This document shows, piece by piece, positions 12,563 through 24,950 of a stretch of DNA of 64,000 nucleotides. Under the pieces are notes generated by a model. The model did not search any database, was not told the origin of the DNA, and saw nothing but the letters and a program-made list of their open reading frames with translations. Position numbers and translations under genes: made by a program. How positions within the stretch are numbered: the first letter of the stretch is position 1; every line of letters begins with the position of its first letter. Source of the DNA: Carcharhinus amblyrhynchos (lineage: Eukaryota); assembly GCA_965287045.1 (NCBI GenBank), contig OZ336883.1, positions 41,416,001 to 41,480,000 on the forward strand, read 5' to 3'.

Positions 12563-13852
12563 TTTCTAAATTCTAAAGTGCCTGTCTCACTGAACTTCCT
12601 GACTTAGGCCAGATGAGACTCGAGCAGCAAACATGACCCTGGCTCCAAAGGCTAAGTGCAAAACCAGCAGAGCAAACGAGGACATGCCCCCTCTTTACAG
12701 CATCAGCTGTCACAAAGCTGATGAGATTAAAGATCCCATTGAAAGGGAGAAGATAAGTTTCCAAGTTAAGTGGATGGGATGTTGGGTTTCAGGTTCAGAA
12801 CAAGGGTGGAGGGGTGGGTGGGTATGGAGTTGGAGCTGGGGAGGGGTTCAGACATCATGGCGGGGGGGGTGGCGCGGTTGGACATCGTAGGCTGGGGAAC
12901 TCCTATGGGGCTGGTCAGATCAGGTCAGGTGTCTGGATGGTATCCTGTTCTTTGGGATCTTTAAAATAGGTACAGTGAAGTTGGAAGTGCTTTTTTTTCC
13001 CTTCTAACTCTTTCAGAGTAACTGAGTGTAAAACTGGCAGAATCATCCTAGGTTAACAATTTAAATCGTTTTGTTGGATAGTTCCCAGCTCAGCACAATT
13101 GTCTGTGAGAAGTTAGCTGTTCTAGACAATTGCCTGGTAATCCGTTATCTGGGAACTTCCGAGAAGGATTCTCCAGTACATCTTTCAGGTACCCCCCTCA
13201 AGTTCGACACAGGAGAGCCAGGATGTTGCAGGCAAATATATTGTATTCCCATTTGGCTTCAGATCTCAGTGTATGATGTAGCTATTTCAAGCTTTACTAA
13301 TACTTAGAAATACAATTTACAGATGTATGTCTTGCATTTGTATATTTAATTTAAACACTTTAAATTGAGTGCACCAATTGCTGCTTTGGATCATTACATA
13401 ATTTACAGTTTTATAACCTTGCATACTTTCCAACCTTGAATCAGGATTATGTATACAAACTCTCAGATTGCCTTCCAAACCCCAGCACACCAGTTCTGAA
13501 TATGTGTGCAGTCAGATTTATTTTTTCTTAATTTATTGTTGTTTTGTGTTTTATTTTTAAACACTAATTCAGAATTTTCAAATTGGAAAGACCAGACCAC
13601 ACAAGGAGCAGTGCTCTAAACAATAGAAAGGGGAGTGTACAATTTTAAAAAAAGGGAAGGCGGTGAAATCATTAAGCATTGTTGCATACTGAAATACACC
13701 TTAAAATTAAAGTGAAATTACACAAGTAAATTTTGACAGCAACATAGTCATGCCACCACTGTGTGGAGCTGTGTAATTCAGAGAGCTATTTATATTGTGC
13801 CTGGAACCAAGATCACTACAGCAGCTGCATATCAGGATTTATGTTACACAAA

Positions 13853-14075
13853 TTAAAACAGAAAACGTTGGAAATGTTCAACAGGTCTGGCAACATCTGT
13901 AAAGTGAATGGAGTTAACATTTCAGTTGCATGACAATCCTGATAAGGCATGTTCTGATGTAAGGTCATGGATCTGAAACGTTAACTCTGTCTCCACAAAT
14001 ACTTCTTAAGCTGCTGAGATTTCCAGCATTTTCTATTTTAATTTAAGATTTCCAATCACTGCAGTATTTTACTTC
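13853..14075. mobile_element. Palindromic Penelope-like repeat with a degenerate hammerhead-like core
   Basis: Inverted arms AAAACAGAAAACGTTGGAAAT...CAGGTCTGGCAACATCTG and ...GCTGAGATTTCCAGCATTTTCTATTTT. Core CTGATGTAAGGTCATGGATCTGAAACGTTA at 13954-13983. Confidence 0.65.
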
Positions 14076-16924
14076 TACTGTTATACAATCCTCATGTAAA
14101 AAGGATTCTCAACACCCACAGTGCAAATAAGAATGTGAAAATTTGAGGTGCTACTTAAAAATGCTGGTGCTGATTTTATTTTGGCTTTATTTTTCTATAT
14201 TGTAAGCAGGCTTACTGAACAAAATTGGAATTTTAATGCAATCAACCTCCTGTGGTGGTGCCCATGGGGAGTTGAGATCAATGACAGTATTCAGGCCAAG
14301 CAATGTTAGAGGTGATAATTGAATAAGACTAAGAAGTGTGATGGTGAAGGAGAGGACAAAGGAAAAACGGCATGGTGTGGGAGGAAGATTGTTCATTTCG
14401 GATGGGCCAGTCGCCAAATTTTCTCTGGGAAATGAGTGCCTTATCTGGATCCTGATCAGTATAGTGTTGGGGTGGGGAGGGAGCAGAGGAGTCCTAGTTG
14501 TCACAAAGTTGCTCAGTTAGGGGATGGGAGTGCCAGTTCTTGAAAAGCTGCTCAGTATGGGAGAAGAAATGATTGTCAAACAGCAGTTCAGTGATGGGGT
14601 CTGGAGGTGTCAGGGCACAGTCGGTGAGATCCTCATTCTTTAGAGAATGGAATTCTGGGCTTTCCTACAGATTGTTTTGTTTGTTTTTCCATCTCGACTT
14701 TTGTCCTTCAGTTCAGTTTCTCCTTGCAACCCAGTCAGATAACAATCGGCAGCATTACGCTGTGCTCATAGTGCCACCTTCAGGTGAAATGCAATTAAAA
14801 TGATGCAAGCCAATGCTGTTTTTAATATATAATTAATTAAACAAAATGTTTGTTGCTATTTTAAAAAGCATTGCAGACTCTTGGTTTACCTGTCTTTTTA
14901 TAAGCATGTTATTTTCCTCAGGTGAAATGGCGTTATTTGGAAGCTAAGCTCATAAGCTGACAGGAGTTCGCTCTGATCAATCAATGAAATCAGTAAGCAC
15001 TCTGTGTATGCTTAACTTTTTGCCAGTGCTGCAGTGTTTAAGAACATGCCTAAAACTATGGGCTATTTGTAATTCTTTTGATAGGTTTGTACTAATTGCA
15101 CTCATATTTAAGGTGTTCTTATACAGCTTTTGCTGAGGTGAATTTTCTTCAGATTGCTGCAGTTGTACTATGTTGTCCTATGTTTTGATTTTCATGCCAA
15201 ATTAATGTGGTCAGTGCTGGTAATTTAAAGAATGGTTTAGGGTTTGTTTCCTTTTCAGGTATCTCAAGTGCCCTGACCTAGATCTGAATGATTAAGCAAT
15301 TAAATTATTTATTTACTTCAGCAAATTGTGCAGGTAACAGGAACTTTATTTTTTTCTCTCACGACAGGAAATAGGAATTTTTTGGAAGAGATTCTAAATA
15401 ATCAGGAAACTCCAGCAAGTGAGATAGATACTGTAGAGAAGACCAGTGTTGCCATGACGACTGCAGGCAGACATCCAGACAGGTCCAGGTAAAAAAAAGA
15501 CTTAGCTGCACTTGCACAGCAGTAGTTTTTTTCCTTAATAGGAATTAACTGAAAATATATCCTCCAGCTGCAAAGCCATTGATGTTGTCTGATTTTAAGC
15601 CTTTTTAACACTATATATAAGTGTTGTGCAAACATGTAATCGTAGTGGACTCAATACTTTTTTTTCTCAAAACCAGAGACAGGAGGCTACATCACAAGGC
15701 CATTCTGATATCCTTCTGTTTCTATGGTTACCGTAACAGCATTTATCAGTTCCTTATGAGAAGAGGCAAAGCAAATCTGTATGCACATGGCAAGGTTCCA
15801 GCATTTCAATTGAAAAAGCACTTTGAACTGCTGCCAAGTTTATAAGAAGCATAGCTGTCAGGACTGCTTAATGCTGGCAGTTTGTATTTGGCAAGCTTTC
15901 ATTTCCCATCATTCTTCAATTGGCTATTTTCCATGTACTTAGCGGAAGCTAAAAATTAACCCATTAAGATGATTGCACAAAGTGAGATTTTAAATTTACA
16001 CTGTTAGTGTGTTTAAAGACGGCTAAAAGTACACTTTTTTTAAAATGAAATACCTGAGTAACCTTTAGTCACTTTCAATGAATTGAATTCTGATCTTTAA
16101 CAACTTATCCATTCTTCTACATGAAAGTGTTCATTTAAAATATCTTACCCAATAATTATTTCTAGAGAGGTGTACAGTGCTCAGTTTCTTATTTACCGAA
16201 TAATTTGAAATTTCAGAATGTCAGTATTGTGATAGATTACTTGAGCATTCTTTCTTTTTATTTTTGAATTTGATGGATTCGAGGTGGTATTTTTGTGGGT
16301 AAGTACACTACAGCTGAAAGGACAATGGCTTCATTATTGGAAAAAAGGGTTACTTGTAGACATTTGCAGGGATTTTCACAAAGATCAAGAGTATCTGCTT
16401 TTTCCCCCTCTCCTATTCACCAGTTTTTAGTACAAATGGATTGAAAATTGTCTGTTACTGAGGCAGCTGGAAGAAGTTCAGGAAAATTATGCCTGGCATG
16501 AATTGTAAAGAGTGGCTTGTATAAAACCAACTCCATTATCTATGCTGGAGTGTTCGCTAGTTTGTGCTCCACAATTAAAGAGTTTTTCATTGCCTTTCCC
16601 TAGTCCAACAAGGCAAAGTTTATTAAGCAATCCTGAATATGTTTGTGACAGCAGTTATTCAATGAACAATGTTTTCATCTGCTGCCTTTTTAATAATGAA
16701 TTGATTGCTTCATCCATTGCCAAATGAGTAAAACAATTTTTTTTAAAAATTCTGGATTGTGCATGTTTAATTAAATGAAATTCAAACATTATGCAAGTTA
16801 AAAGACAAGTTAATATGTAAAGAAATCATCTTTTCACATTTAGCATAATTCTTGTAGCTGGGAAACATAATTTCTGTACCTTAAACACAGAATTATACAT
16901 TTTATTCAGTATTCAATGGAATCA

Positions 16925-18020
16925 GAATAACAGTGTACTGAAGGAGGCTATTCGGTACATCGCGCCTGTGCAGCTCTTTGTAAAAGCTGTCCAATTAGTT
17001 CCACTCTCCAGCTCTGTCCCTGTGGCCCTGTAATTTTTTTCCCTTCAAGTATTGAATTTCCTTTTTGAAAACTACTATTGAATCTACTACTATTTCAGGC
17101 AATGCATCCCAAAACATAACAACTCACTGCATAAAAAATATTTTCCTTATGCTGCCTCTTGTTTTTTTGCTTACACCTTAAATCTGTCCTCTAATTATTG
17201 CACTTTTTGAATGCCTTATCATTGCTCTTTGTTCTAAGGAGAACAATTCTTGTTAATTTCTCCAGTCTCTCCGCATAATTGAAGTCCTACTTTCCTGCTA
17301 TGTACCTGCTCCAAGGCCTTATTATCATTCTTTGTGAAATGTGGTGCCTAGAAATGAAACAATACTCTAGTTGAGGCATAACCAGCATTTATTATAACTT
17401 CCTTGAATGGCATTCTGTACCTCTTTTAATAAATGCAATAATCCTACGTGCTTTGTTAATGATGTTCTCAACCTGTCCTGCCACCAGCAAAGACTTGCTT
17501 TCACACATCCCAGTAATTTCTGTTCTGTAGATACATTTAAAATTTAGTTTATTTTTCTCTTTTTTCTCTAGCAAATAATGTCATTTTGCATTTCCCTTTG
17601 TTAAGTTTCATCAGCTATGTGCCTGCCAGTTCGGTTGTCTGTATTCTTCTGAAGTCTGTCACTATCATCCTAATTATTTACTTACAGATCCAAGTTTTGT
17701 GCGTCAGCTGCAAACTTTTGAAATTATGCCCTGTGTACCCAGTTTAGGTCATTAATATGTGTAAAATAGCAATGATCCTAATACTGAACCTGGAAAACCA
17801 CTGTGTACTCCTCTCTACTCTGAAAAACAGTCATTTATCACTGCTCTCTGCTTTCAATCCCTTTAATCCAACAGGCTTTCATTTTGCTCACAGTCTGTTG
17901 TTTGAAACTTTGTCTGGTCCCTAACTAAATTCTATATACACTATATCAACTTCACCACCCTCATCAACCCTCTCCTTTACTTAAACAAAGTACTCTGTCA
18001 AGTTGGTTAAATACGGCTTG
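16925..18020 (-). mobile_element. Degenerate CR1 LINE 3' portion
   Basis: Reverse-oriented CR1 tail at ~16925-16980. Minus-strand QVENIINKARRIIAFIKRG and FA..DTKL-like motifs. Confidence 0.75.
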
Positions 18021-18029
18021 CCTTTAATA

Positions 18030-18150
18030 AAAGCAAAATATTGTGGATGCTTCAAATCTGAAATGAAAACAGAAAATGCTCTGCAGGTCTGGCAGCGTCT
18101 GTGGAGAGAGATTCAGTTAATATTTCAGATCTGTGTCATTTTATTAGAGC
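18030..18150. mobile_element. Penelope-like repeat fragment (family of 13853-14075)
   Basis: AAAGCAAAATATTGTGGATGC...AAAACAGAAAATGCT...CAGGTCTGGCAGCGTCTGTGGAGAGAG. Confidence 0.65.
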
Positions 18151-18318
18151 TTAACCTTTAACAAATCTATGATATCTTTCATAGCAGCTTAGACTATAAT
18201 TTTCCATGTCCAAAAATATTTTCCAAATATTTTTTGGATTATTTTATGCAGATCTTACTGCACATTTCTTGCATTTTTTTTTCAACTGCAGTGGTTGATG
18301 TACTTTGCATACGTGTCT

Positions 18319-19243
18319 TGTCATGAGATTATTTGAACATTTTTTCAACTTTTTTTTCAAATGTTTTTTCAACTTTCAATTGACTGGAAATTTTGCAATT
18401 TGAACTGAGGTAGTGCTAACCAAGGCTCTAGGTTAAAATGCCAAGCCATGTTTTAAGGTGAAAACAAGAAACAAACAAATCACCTTCAGTGGAGTGTGAA
18501 GAAAGAGATATTTCCTATAATCTAGACATCAAAACTCATAACTGTTTAAGGAAGTGACATTAAAACTACAAAATACTGGATATTGAAAAAATGGCTGCCA
18601 CAGACACACACATAAATCTCATGGAAATACATAGTTAGGTATTTCAAAACAAGATGGCCCCGTCACTTGAGAGAGATTGCAAGCGAAACAGGTGATGTCA
18701 AAAAAAGTCATCAGCAGGGGAAACAGGCTGAAAGTTGCTCTTTCTCCCTCTCTTTTGGAATAAGTGTGTTACCCAGTTGAAAAGCCAACTCTGCCAGAAA
18801 CTTACCAGTGAACTGAGTGCTTGTAATAATTGCAACATCTTCTCAATCTGACCATATCCAAGAAGCTAGCTGACCTAAATTGTTTGCAGCATTTAAAATC
18901 TATGCCTCAAGGACAATCAAAGGACACTTAATAATAAATTAATCATTTGGTTATTTTACCTTTTTTATTGGACTCTGACTCTCCTTATTTCTGATATGTG
19001 TTTGTGTGTGTGGGCCTAATGGTTGCATGAAAGACAAATGCTTGACTTTTTTTTATTTTTCTTCGGTTTAGCAGTTAATAAATTTGCTCTTTGTTCAAGA
19101 CTTTGTTTGATTGGCTCTTTATTGCTTACAGTTTAAATATTACTTTAATTTGGAAAAAGCATATTTTCATGAAAAGGAAACTAGAGTCTTTGTTGTAAAC
19201 AACCAAGGAGGTTGAGTTCACTTCTTTTCACCTGGTCATGACA
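18319..19243 (+). mobile_element. Solo LTR (~925 bp)
   Basis: Perfect 8-bp terminal inverted repeat TGTCATGA (18319-18326) / TCATGACA (19236-19243), giving TG...CA ends. TATAAT at ~18516 and AATAAA at 19077-19082. TSD not clean (GTGTCT vs GTGCT). Confidence 0.6.
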
Positions 19244-19789
19244 GTGCTGATATATGTAGTTTTAACACATAGTTATAAACTATCTATTAGTTTATCTGCT
19301 TTTCAGTTATGAAATTAGGGCCTGTGCATGTCCATTTCCCATATGATTACTGAATTTTCAATCATGTCCTTCCTTGCCTGTTTATTCTTCCTTGTGAATG
19401 TTGTGAAGTTGCAACATAAAGCTTTGGTTGTTTTTCAAATACCATTAATCGCTGATAGAGACCAGAAGCAGGGGTATTGCTTGGCCGCATCTTTGCTAAA
19501 CACTTGTTGAGTCGGGTACAGCTTGTTTGAACTTTATCATATTTTTGGCAGCCTATCAGTTAGAGTTTACAGAGATGGAAAATTATGCCGTATGGCTTTG
19601 GGTGTGGAGGTGGAATGCTATGTCCGTAAGAAGCATGGATAGATGACTTTATGCAGTTACTAAATATTAAGATACAAATAAAGTTACATTATCTTTATAG
19701 AGAAAAGTTTTATTTTTAAGGGTTTTATGTGTGCTTGTGGAGAAACAAAAGCTATTCACAGCAAGAGTAGGTTTCTTCATTAGCTGAAT

Positions 19790-20140
19790 ATTCTGCTATA
19801 TAACAGCAAACAACCCAGTCAGGCTGACTATGTTTCTTTACAATGTTGGCTGTAGATGCTTTATGTGAAGTCAATTTTCGCACACTCAACCTAGTTTAGT
19901 TAAGTGGACTAAGTCAGCATGGGCCCAAATCATAAAACTGCCATAATTTGACATGAAACCCTCATTGGCAATCTCATCTATCTGGCTGTAAAGATGCTTG
20001 CAATTGGGAATAGAAAATTCACACTGGTAGTAGATGCTCCTCTGATGCTGGGGTTAAGTTATGTTGCTAGGGCAGAGTAAGAGCTGTTCTGCTGTGCATT
20101 TGGCCCATGCTATACTACAAAAGTAGACAAAACGCTTCAT
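19790..20140 (+). mobile_element. Ancient SINE resembling LF-SINE
   Basis: Colinear blocks resembling the LF-SINE consensus as I recall it: TGGCTGT..TATGTGAA, AGTGGAC, CCAAATCATAAAACTGCCAT, ACCCTCATTGGCAATCTCA, GGGTTAAG..TTG.TAGGGCA, GCCCATGCTATAC. Confidence 0.55.
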
Positions 20141-20640
20141 TTCTTTCACAATGTACAGCAAATAAATTCAACTCCTTCCTCCCTAACCAAAGTCAGGTTA
20201 CTGATGCATATTAAATTATGCTTTACTTCCTATGTAACTGCAGCTTACTGTCTATTATTGTCTTCTTCAGCCTTTCTGCCACAAGCATGTTTTCCACCCA
20301 CAATGCAGTTTTATACCACCTAGTCCCTGTAGCTGCATACTTATTTGTCCTAACACAGTGTTGCTATAATTCCTCAAACGATTTTTCATTCTGTGCCTGC
20401 ATGGTCACCTGGGGTGTACAACATAATTCCATCCTCTGTCTGCTTTTATCATTCATTGGGATTGGTCAGCTACTACAGTGATCCCTCACCTAACATCACA
20501 GTTGTTTTCTTTAAAAGTGTACCTTAAACAAAACAATGTTGTGAATCAGATTTTCCCATTATACTTCAATATATAAATTGGAGTTGGATTTCACAGCAGG
20601 TTTTTTTCTCCTGAATATGAGTGATTATCTTCTTGATCAG

Positions 20641-21210
20641 CAGCGCGCCTCTCCCTCCGGCCCCCAGCGCGCCTCTCCCTCCGGCCCCCAGCGCGCCTCT
20701 CCCTCCGGCCCCCAGCGCGCCTCTCCCTCCGGCCCCCAGCGCGCCTCTCCCTCCGGCCCCCAGCGCGCCTCTCCCTCCGGCCCCCAGCGCGCCTCTCCCT
20801 CCGGCCCCCAGCGCGCCTCTCCCTCCGGCCCCCAGCGCGCCTCTCCCTCCGGCCCCCAGCGCGCCTCTCCCTCCGGCCCCCAGCGCGCCTCTCCCTCCGG
20901 CCCCCAGCGCGCCTCTCCCTCCGGCCCCCAGCGCGCCTCTCCCTCCGGCCCCCAGCGCGCCTCTCCCTCCGGCCCCCAGCGCGCCTCTCCCTCCGGCCCC
21001 CAGCGCGCCTCTCCCTCCGGCCCCCAGCGCGCCTCTCCCTCCGGCCCCCAGCGCGCCTCTCCCTCCGGCCCCCAGCGCGCCTCTCCCTCCGGCCCCCAGC
21101 GCGCCTCTCCCTCCGGCCCCCAGCGCGCCTCTCCCTCCGGCCCCCAGCGCGCCTCTCCCTCCGGCCCCCAGCGCGCCTCTCCCTCCGGCCCCCAGCGCGC
21201 CTCTCCCTCC
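20641..21210. repeat. Perfect GC-rich minisatellite, 24-bp unit CAGCGCGCCTCTCCCTCCGGCCCC x 23.75
   Basis: 570 bp with no variant units visible. 3 CpG per unit. No stop codon in any frame. Confidence 0.98.
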
Positions 21211-22919
21211 ATTCTTCACACCCCCCTGCCCCCATGATCACCAGCAAGTTGCTGCCCACTCCCAAGTGTGACTTTCCTCAGATTGGGAGGGATCTTGAGC
21301 CTGCATTCTTTGTGTGGGATTGCTGACAGGTGAACTAAACCCTGAGAAAGCGGGAAATTGCAAATCCTGTCAGTGATTTCCGATTTCCCCACTCTTTGCT
21401 GGTGAGGTAATTATGGGTGTGAACCAGATTTTAATAAATTTAACAAAATACAATTATCTAGTTCTCTCTTGCCAAATTTTTCCCCCTCATTAAATATTCA
21501 TACCTCACTGATGTGATGTGAAGTAAGCTTTGTTGTCTGATTGGGTGTCCTTTTAAGATGGCATCGCAATCTCAGTGCAGCTGATTGTGACGGCCCTCAG
21601 AATCCCTGTCCTGCCACAGTGATAGTGTAAACTATGTCCTTTTTTTTCAGACTAAGTGGCTCAAAATGTAGAGAGAAAATTGGTTAGTGGAGCGCCAGTT
21701 TTCTTATCAGAACTGACACTTTGCCATATTCTGATAAGATTGTCCCCATTATGTTGCCTGGATGTGGAAGCAGCATGTCAATAGTACTTTTAGCCATGTG
21801 GAGCAAAATGGCAAGCAAGTTGGTGAATGGGGAAATAAGCAGGGTGGGACTGAGGCAGCAAACAGGGCAGAAACTGGCCTGATCTCAGAAACACCTAAGC
21901 CAACTCTTGAGCTTTCAGCAGCATTGTTTGATTGCTCTATCGATGGCAATGAGATGAACAAATGGAAATCAGGATGTGAATCAGAGAAACAGACCCTAAA
22001 GAATAAACAGCTTTAAAATGAAACATTGTTAAGCAGGGTGACTTAAAGTGAGGACAGTGTATTTATAAGCTGTTGCCTACCTCTTGACTTTAAGCCTATT
22101 GCTGTATTTTTACACTTAATACATACCATCAAGTTCTGAATATGTTAACATATATTATGGACAAAAACCTGCAAACGCAATCTATTCTATTTGGTTATTG
22201 CAAGTATCTATGTGCCTCGGTCTGTGACTGTTAAATTGTCTGACTGCCTTTTGGGCCGAATTCATTGGGGCCAACCATAATATTCTGTACAATGTGGAGC
22301 TTTAACCCTCTTTCAAGGTTTGTCTTCCACTCTGAACACTGTCAGCAACATTTGCAAGTCAGGTTCCCCACACCTGTAAAGAAATTTTGAGCACAGGACT
22401 AAATTATCACCTGGAACTGTCAGTTTACCACAGACGTGAGTTATAATGCTGCTTATATTCAGTAAAATAGAAATATCTTTAAAAAATCCAACAGAGCAAA
22501 ATATATAAATAGCATGCACCATCCTGTTGAGGTTAATGTGTGTTGGTCTGAAATGATGCCAGGCAGTGATATGTACCTCCAGACTGTGATCAGTATCAGT
22601 TCTATGTGACTGTGATAATATTTAATGATAGAAACCTGGAGAATTAATTTTAGATATGCATGCTTTAGAGATTGAAACCTTTTTGTTGATGGTTTGCATT
22701 TCAATTCTGTATTCAACAGTTAAAGGATGGTAATTGTGTGCAATGAACTGGAGTAGGGAATGATTAACAGTAAAACTGAAAACATGGATAATTGTATTTA
22801 ATATTTACTTTATATTAACTCTGGTATATAAGTATGGAAAAGATTGTATTGCCAACAACATTCTGATTCATTGAACCCGTGTTCTGTTTATATTCAGGAG
22901 AGGTCTAAAGAATAACATA

Positions 22920-23330
22920 GGCCTGGATTTTGTGGTAATAATAACAGTGAGGCTATCAACTCTCACTTATTATGGAGTAAATAGTCCACACGTGTACAGT
23001 TAAATGTGAAAACGAGGACATTACTGTCTGATTTTCCCTGGTCTTCCAAAAGAGTTGTTTCAAAGTCCACCACCAAGAGATTTGGCTTTGAAATACGTGC
23101 ATGATGTTGTGGCATCTACACACTGGATGCTCCATAAACATGCCAGAAAATGTTAGGGCTTGTCCATTTTTAAGTGTATGTGAATTTTTAATGGATGGTG
23201 GGCGTAATTATTGCCAAAGCATCTCCGTGGCACTGAAAATCTTGATAAGTGTGGAGTCATATTTTTTCAAATTTTAAATATTGATATAGATTTTTAAAAA
23301 TTTACTTTTTTATAGTTCTATTTTATACCC
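22920..23330 (+). mobile_element. Left part of a dispersed TIR-type element (same family as 43020-45203)
   Basis: Shares CCTGGATTTTGTG, GTGAGGCT, CAGT.AAA..TGAAAA, GTTAGGGCT.GT.CATTT and GGCAC.GAA.AT blocks, in the same order, with 43020-43440. Confidence 0.6.
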
Positions 23331-23679
23331 ATCTTTCTTTTCCTCTTTATTTTTCTTTGTGTACATGATTTTAATTACGGCTTCTGTTCAACACTCACCT
23401 CTGTTCTTACTCATGAATGCTGGTGCCCCATCACCTCCAGTTTAAATTTCTGATTTTCATGTTTGAATTTCTTCATGACCTTGTCTTTTCCTACCTCTTG
23501 TTAACCTCTTCCGGTCTTCAATCCTCTGAAAGTGCACATACTTCTCAGAATCTGACCAGAAAAAAAAGATTGTTGGAGGAAGAAAGAAATACACTTAAAA
23601 AAAGAAACATTATTTATTAACAACTGCATTTCAAATCAACTAATTTGCATGTAATGTGTATTGCTATTCAGACCAGAGT

Positions 23680-24206
23680 GTAAAGTTTTGGTAACCCTAT
23701 TAGCGAAAAGATATTATTAAACTAGAAAGTGTGCAGAAAAGATTTACTAGGATGTTACCAGGACTTGATAGTTCGAGTTATAAGGAGAGGTTGGATAGAC
23801 TGGGACTTTTTTCTCTGGAGTGTAGAAGGCTGAGGGGTGATCTTATAGAGGTCTATAAAATAATGAGGGGCACACATCAGCTGGATAGCCAATATCTTTT
23901 CCCAAAGGTAGGGGAGTCCAAAACTCGAGGACATAGGTTTAAGGTGAGAGGGCAGAGATGCAAAAGGGTCCAGAGAGGCACTTTTTTCACACACAGGGTG
24001 GTGAGTGTCTGGAACAAGCTGCCAGACATAGTAGTAGTAGAAGCGGGTTCAATTTTGTCTTTTAAAAAACATTTACATGGGTTAAGATGGGTATCGAGGG
24101 ATATGGGCCAAATGCAGCAATTAGGATTAGCTTAGGGGTTTAAAAAAAGGGCAGCATGGACAAGTTGGGCCAAAGAACTTGTGTCCACGCTGCAAACCTC
24201 TATGAC
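23680..24206 (+). mobile_element. CR1 LINE 3' end (5'-truncated)
   Basis: ORF 23731-24135 reads QKRFTRMLPGLDSSSYKERLDRLGLFSLECRRLRGDLIEVYKIM, followed by a CR1-type 3' tail. Confidence 0.9.
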
Positions 24207-24400
24207 CTTTTGGACTGCATGGATATATGGTATGCAATGAGAGAATTGATGCTGTTTTGTAGATTTAATTTGCCATAGATTATCATAAAATCATAGATTA
24301 TCATAGAATCTGACGGTGCAGAAGGAGACCATTCGGCCTATCGAATTTGAGCTGACCACAATCTCATTGTGGGATTGTGTCCAAACCTATCCCCAGCGGA

Positions 24401-24950
24401 TCTCTCACCCGTTGATTGCCAGCCATTCTCTCACCCGTTGATCGCCAGCCATTCTCTCACCCGTTGATCGCCAGTCATTCTCTCACCCCTTGATCGCCAG
24501 CCATTCTCTCACCCCTTGATCGCCAGCCATTCTCTCACCCCTTGATCGCCAGCCATTCTCTCACCCCTTGATCGCCAGCCATTCTCTCACCCGTTGATCG
24601 CCAGCCATTCTCTCACCCATTGATCGCCAGCCATTCTCTCACCCGTTGATCGCAGCCATTCTCTCACCCGTTGATCGCCAGCCATTCTCTCACCCGTTGA
24701 TCGCCAGCCATTCTCTCACCCGTTGATCGCCAACCATTCTCTCACCCGTTGATCGCCAGCCATTCTCTCACCCGTTGATCGCCAGCCATTCTCTCACCCG
24801 TTGATCGCCAGCCATTCTCTCACCCGTTGATCGCCAGCCATTCTCTCACCCGTTGATCGCCAGCCATTCTCTCACCCGTTGATCGCCAGCCATTCTCTCA
24901 CCCGTTGATCGCCAGCCATTCTCTCACCCCTTGATCGCCAACCATTCTCT
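24401..24950. repeat. Minisatellite, 26-bp unit ATTCTCTCACCCGTTGATCGCCAGCC x ~21
   Basis: 26-bp period (24425 to 24451) with few variants (CCCG/CCCC/CCCA, one 25-mer). The left side abuts a reverse-oriented SINE/CR1 tail at ~24274-24380. Confidence 0.97.

Noticed and set aside
20566-21271. Five ~200-aa ORFs on both strands
   Set aside because: Artefact of a stop-free 24-bp tandem unit. There is no independent coding evidence.
24401-24950. CRISPR-like array
   Set aside because: Units are head-to-tail with no unique spacers, the context is eukaryotic, and there are no cas genes.
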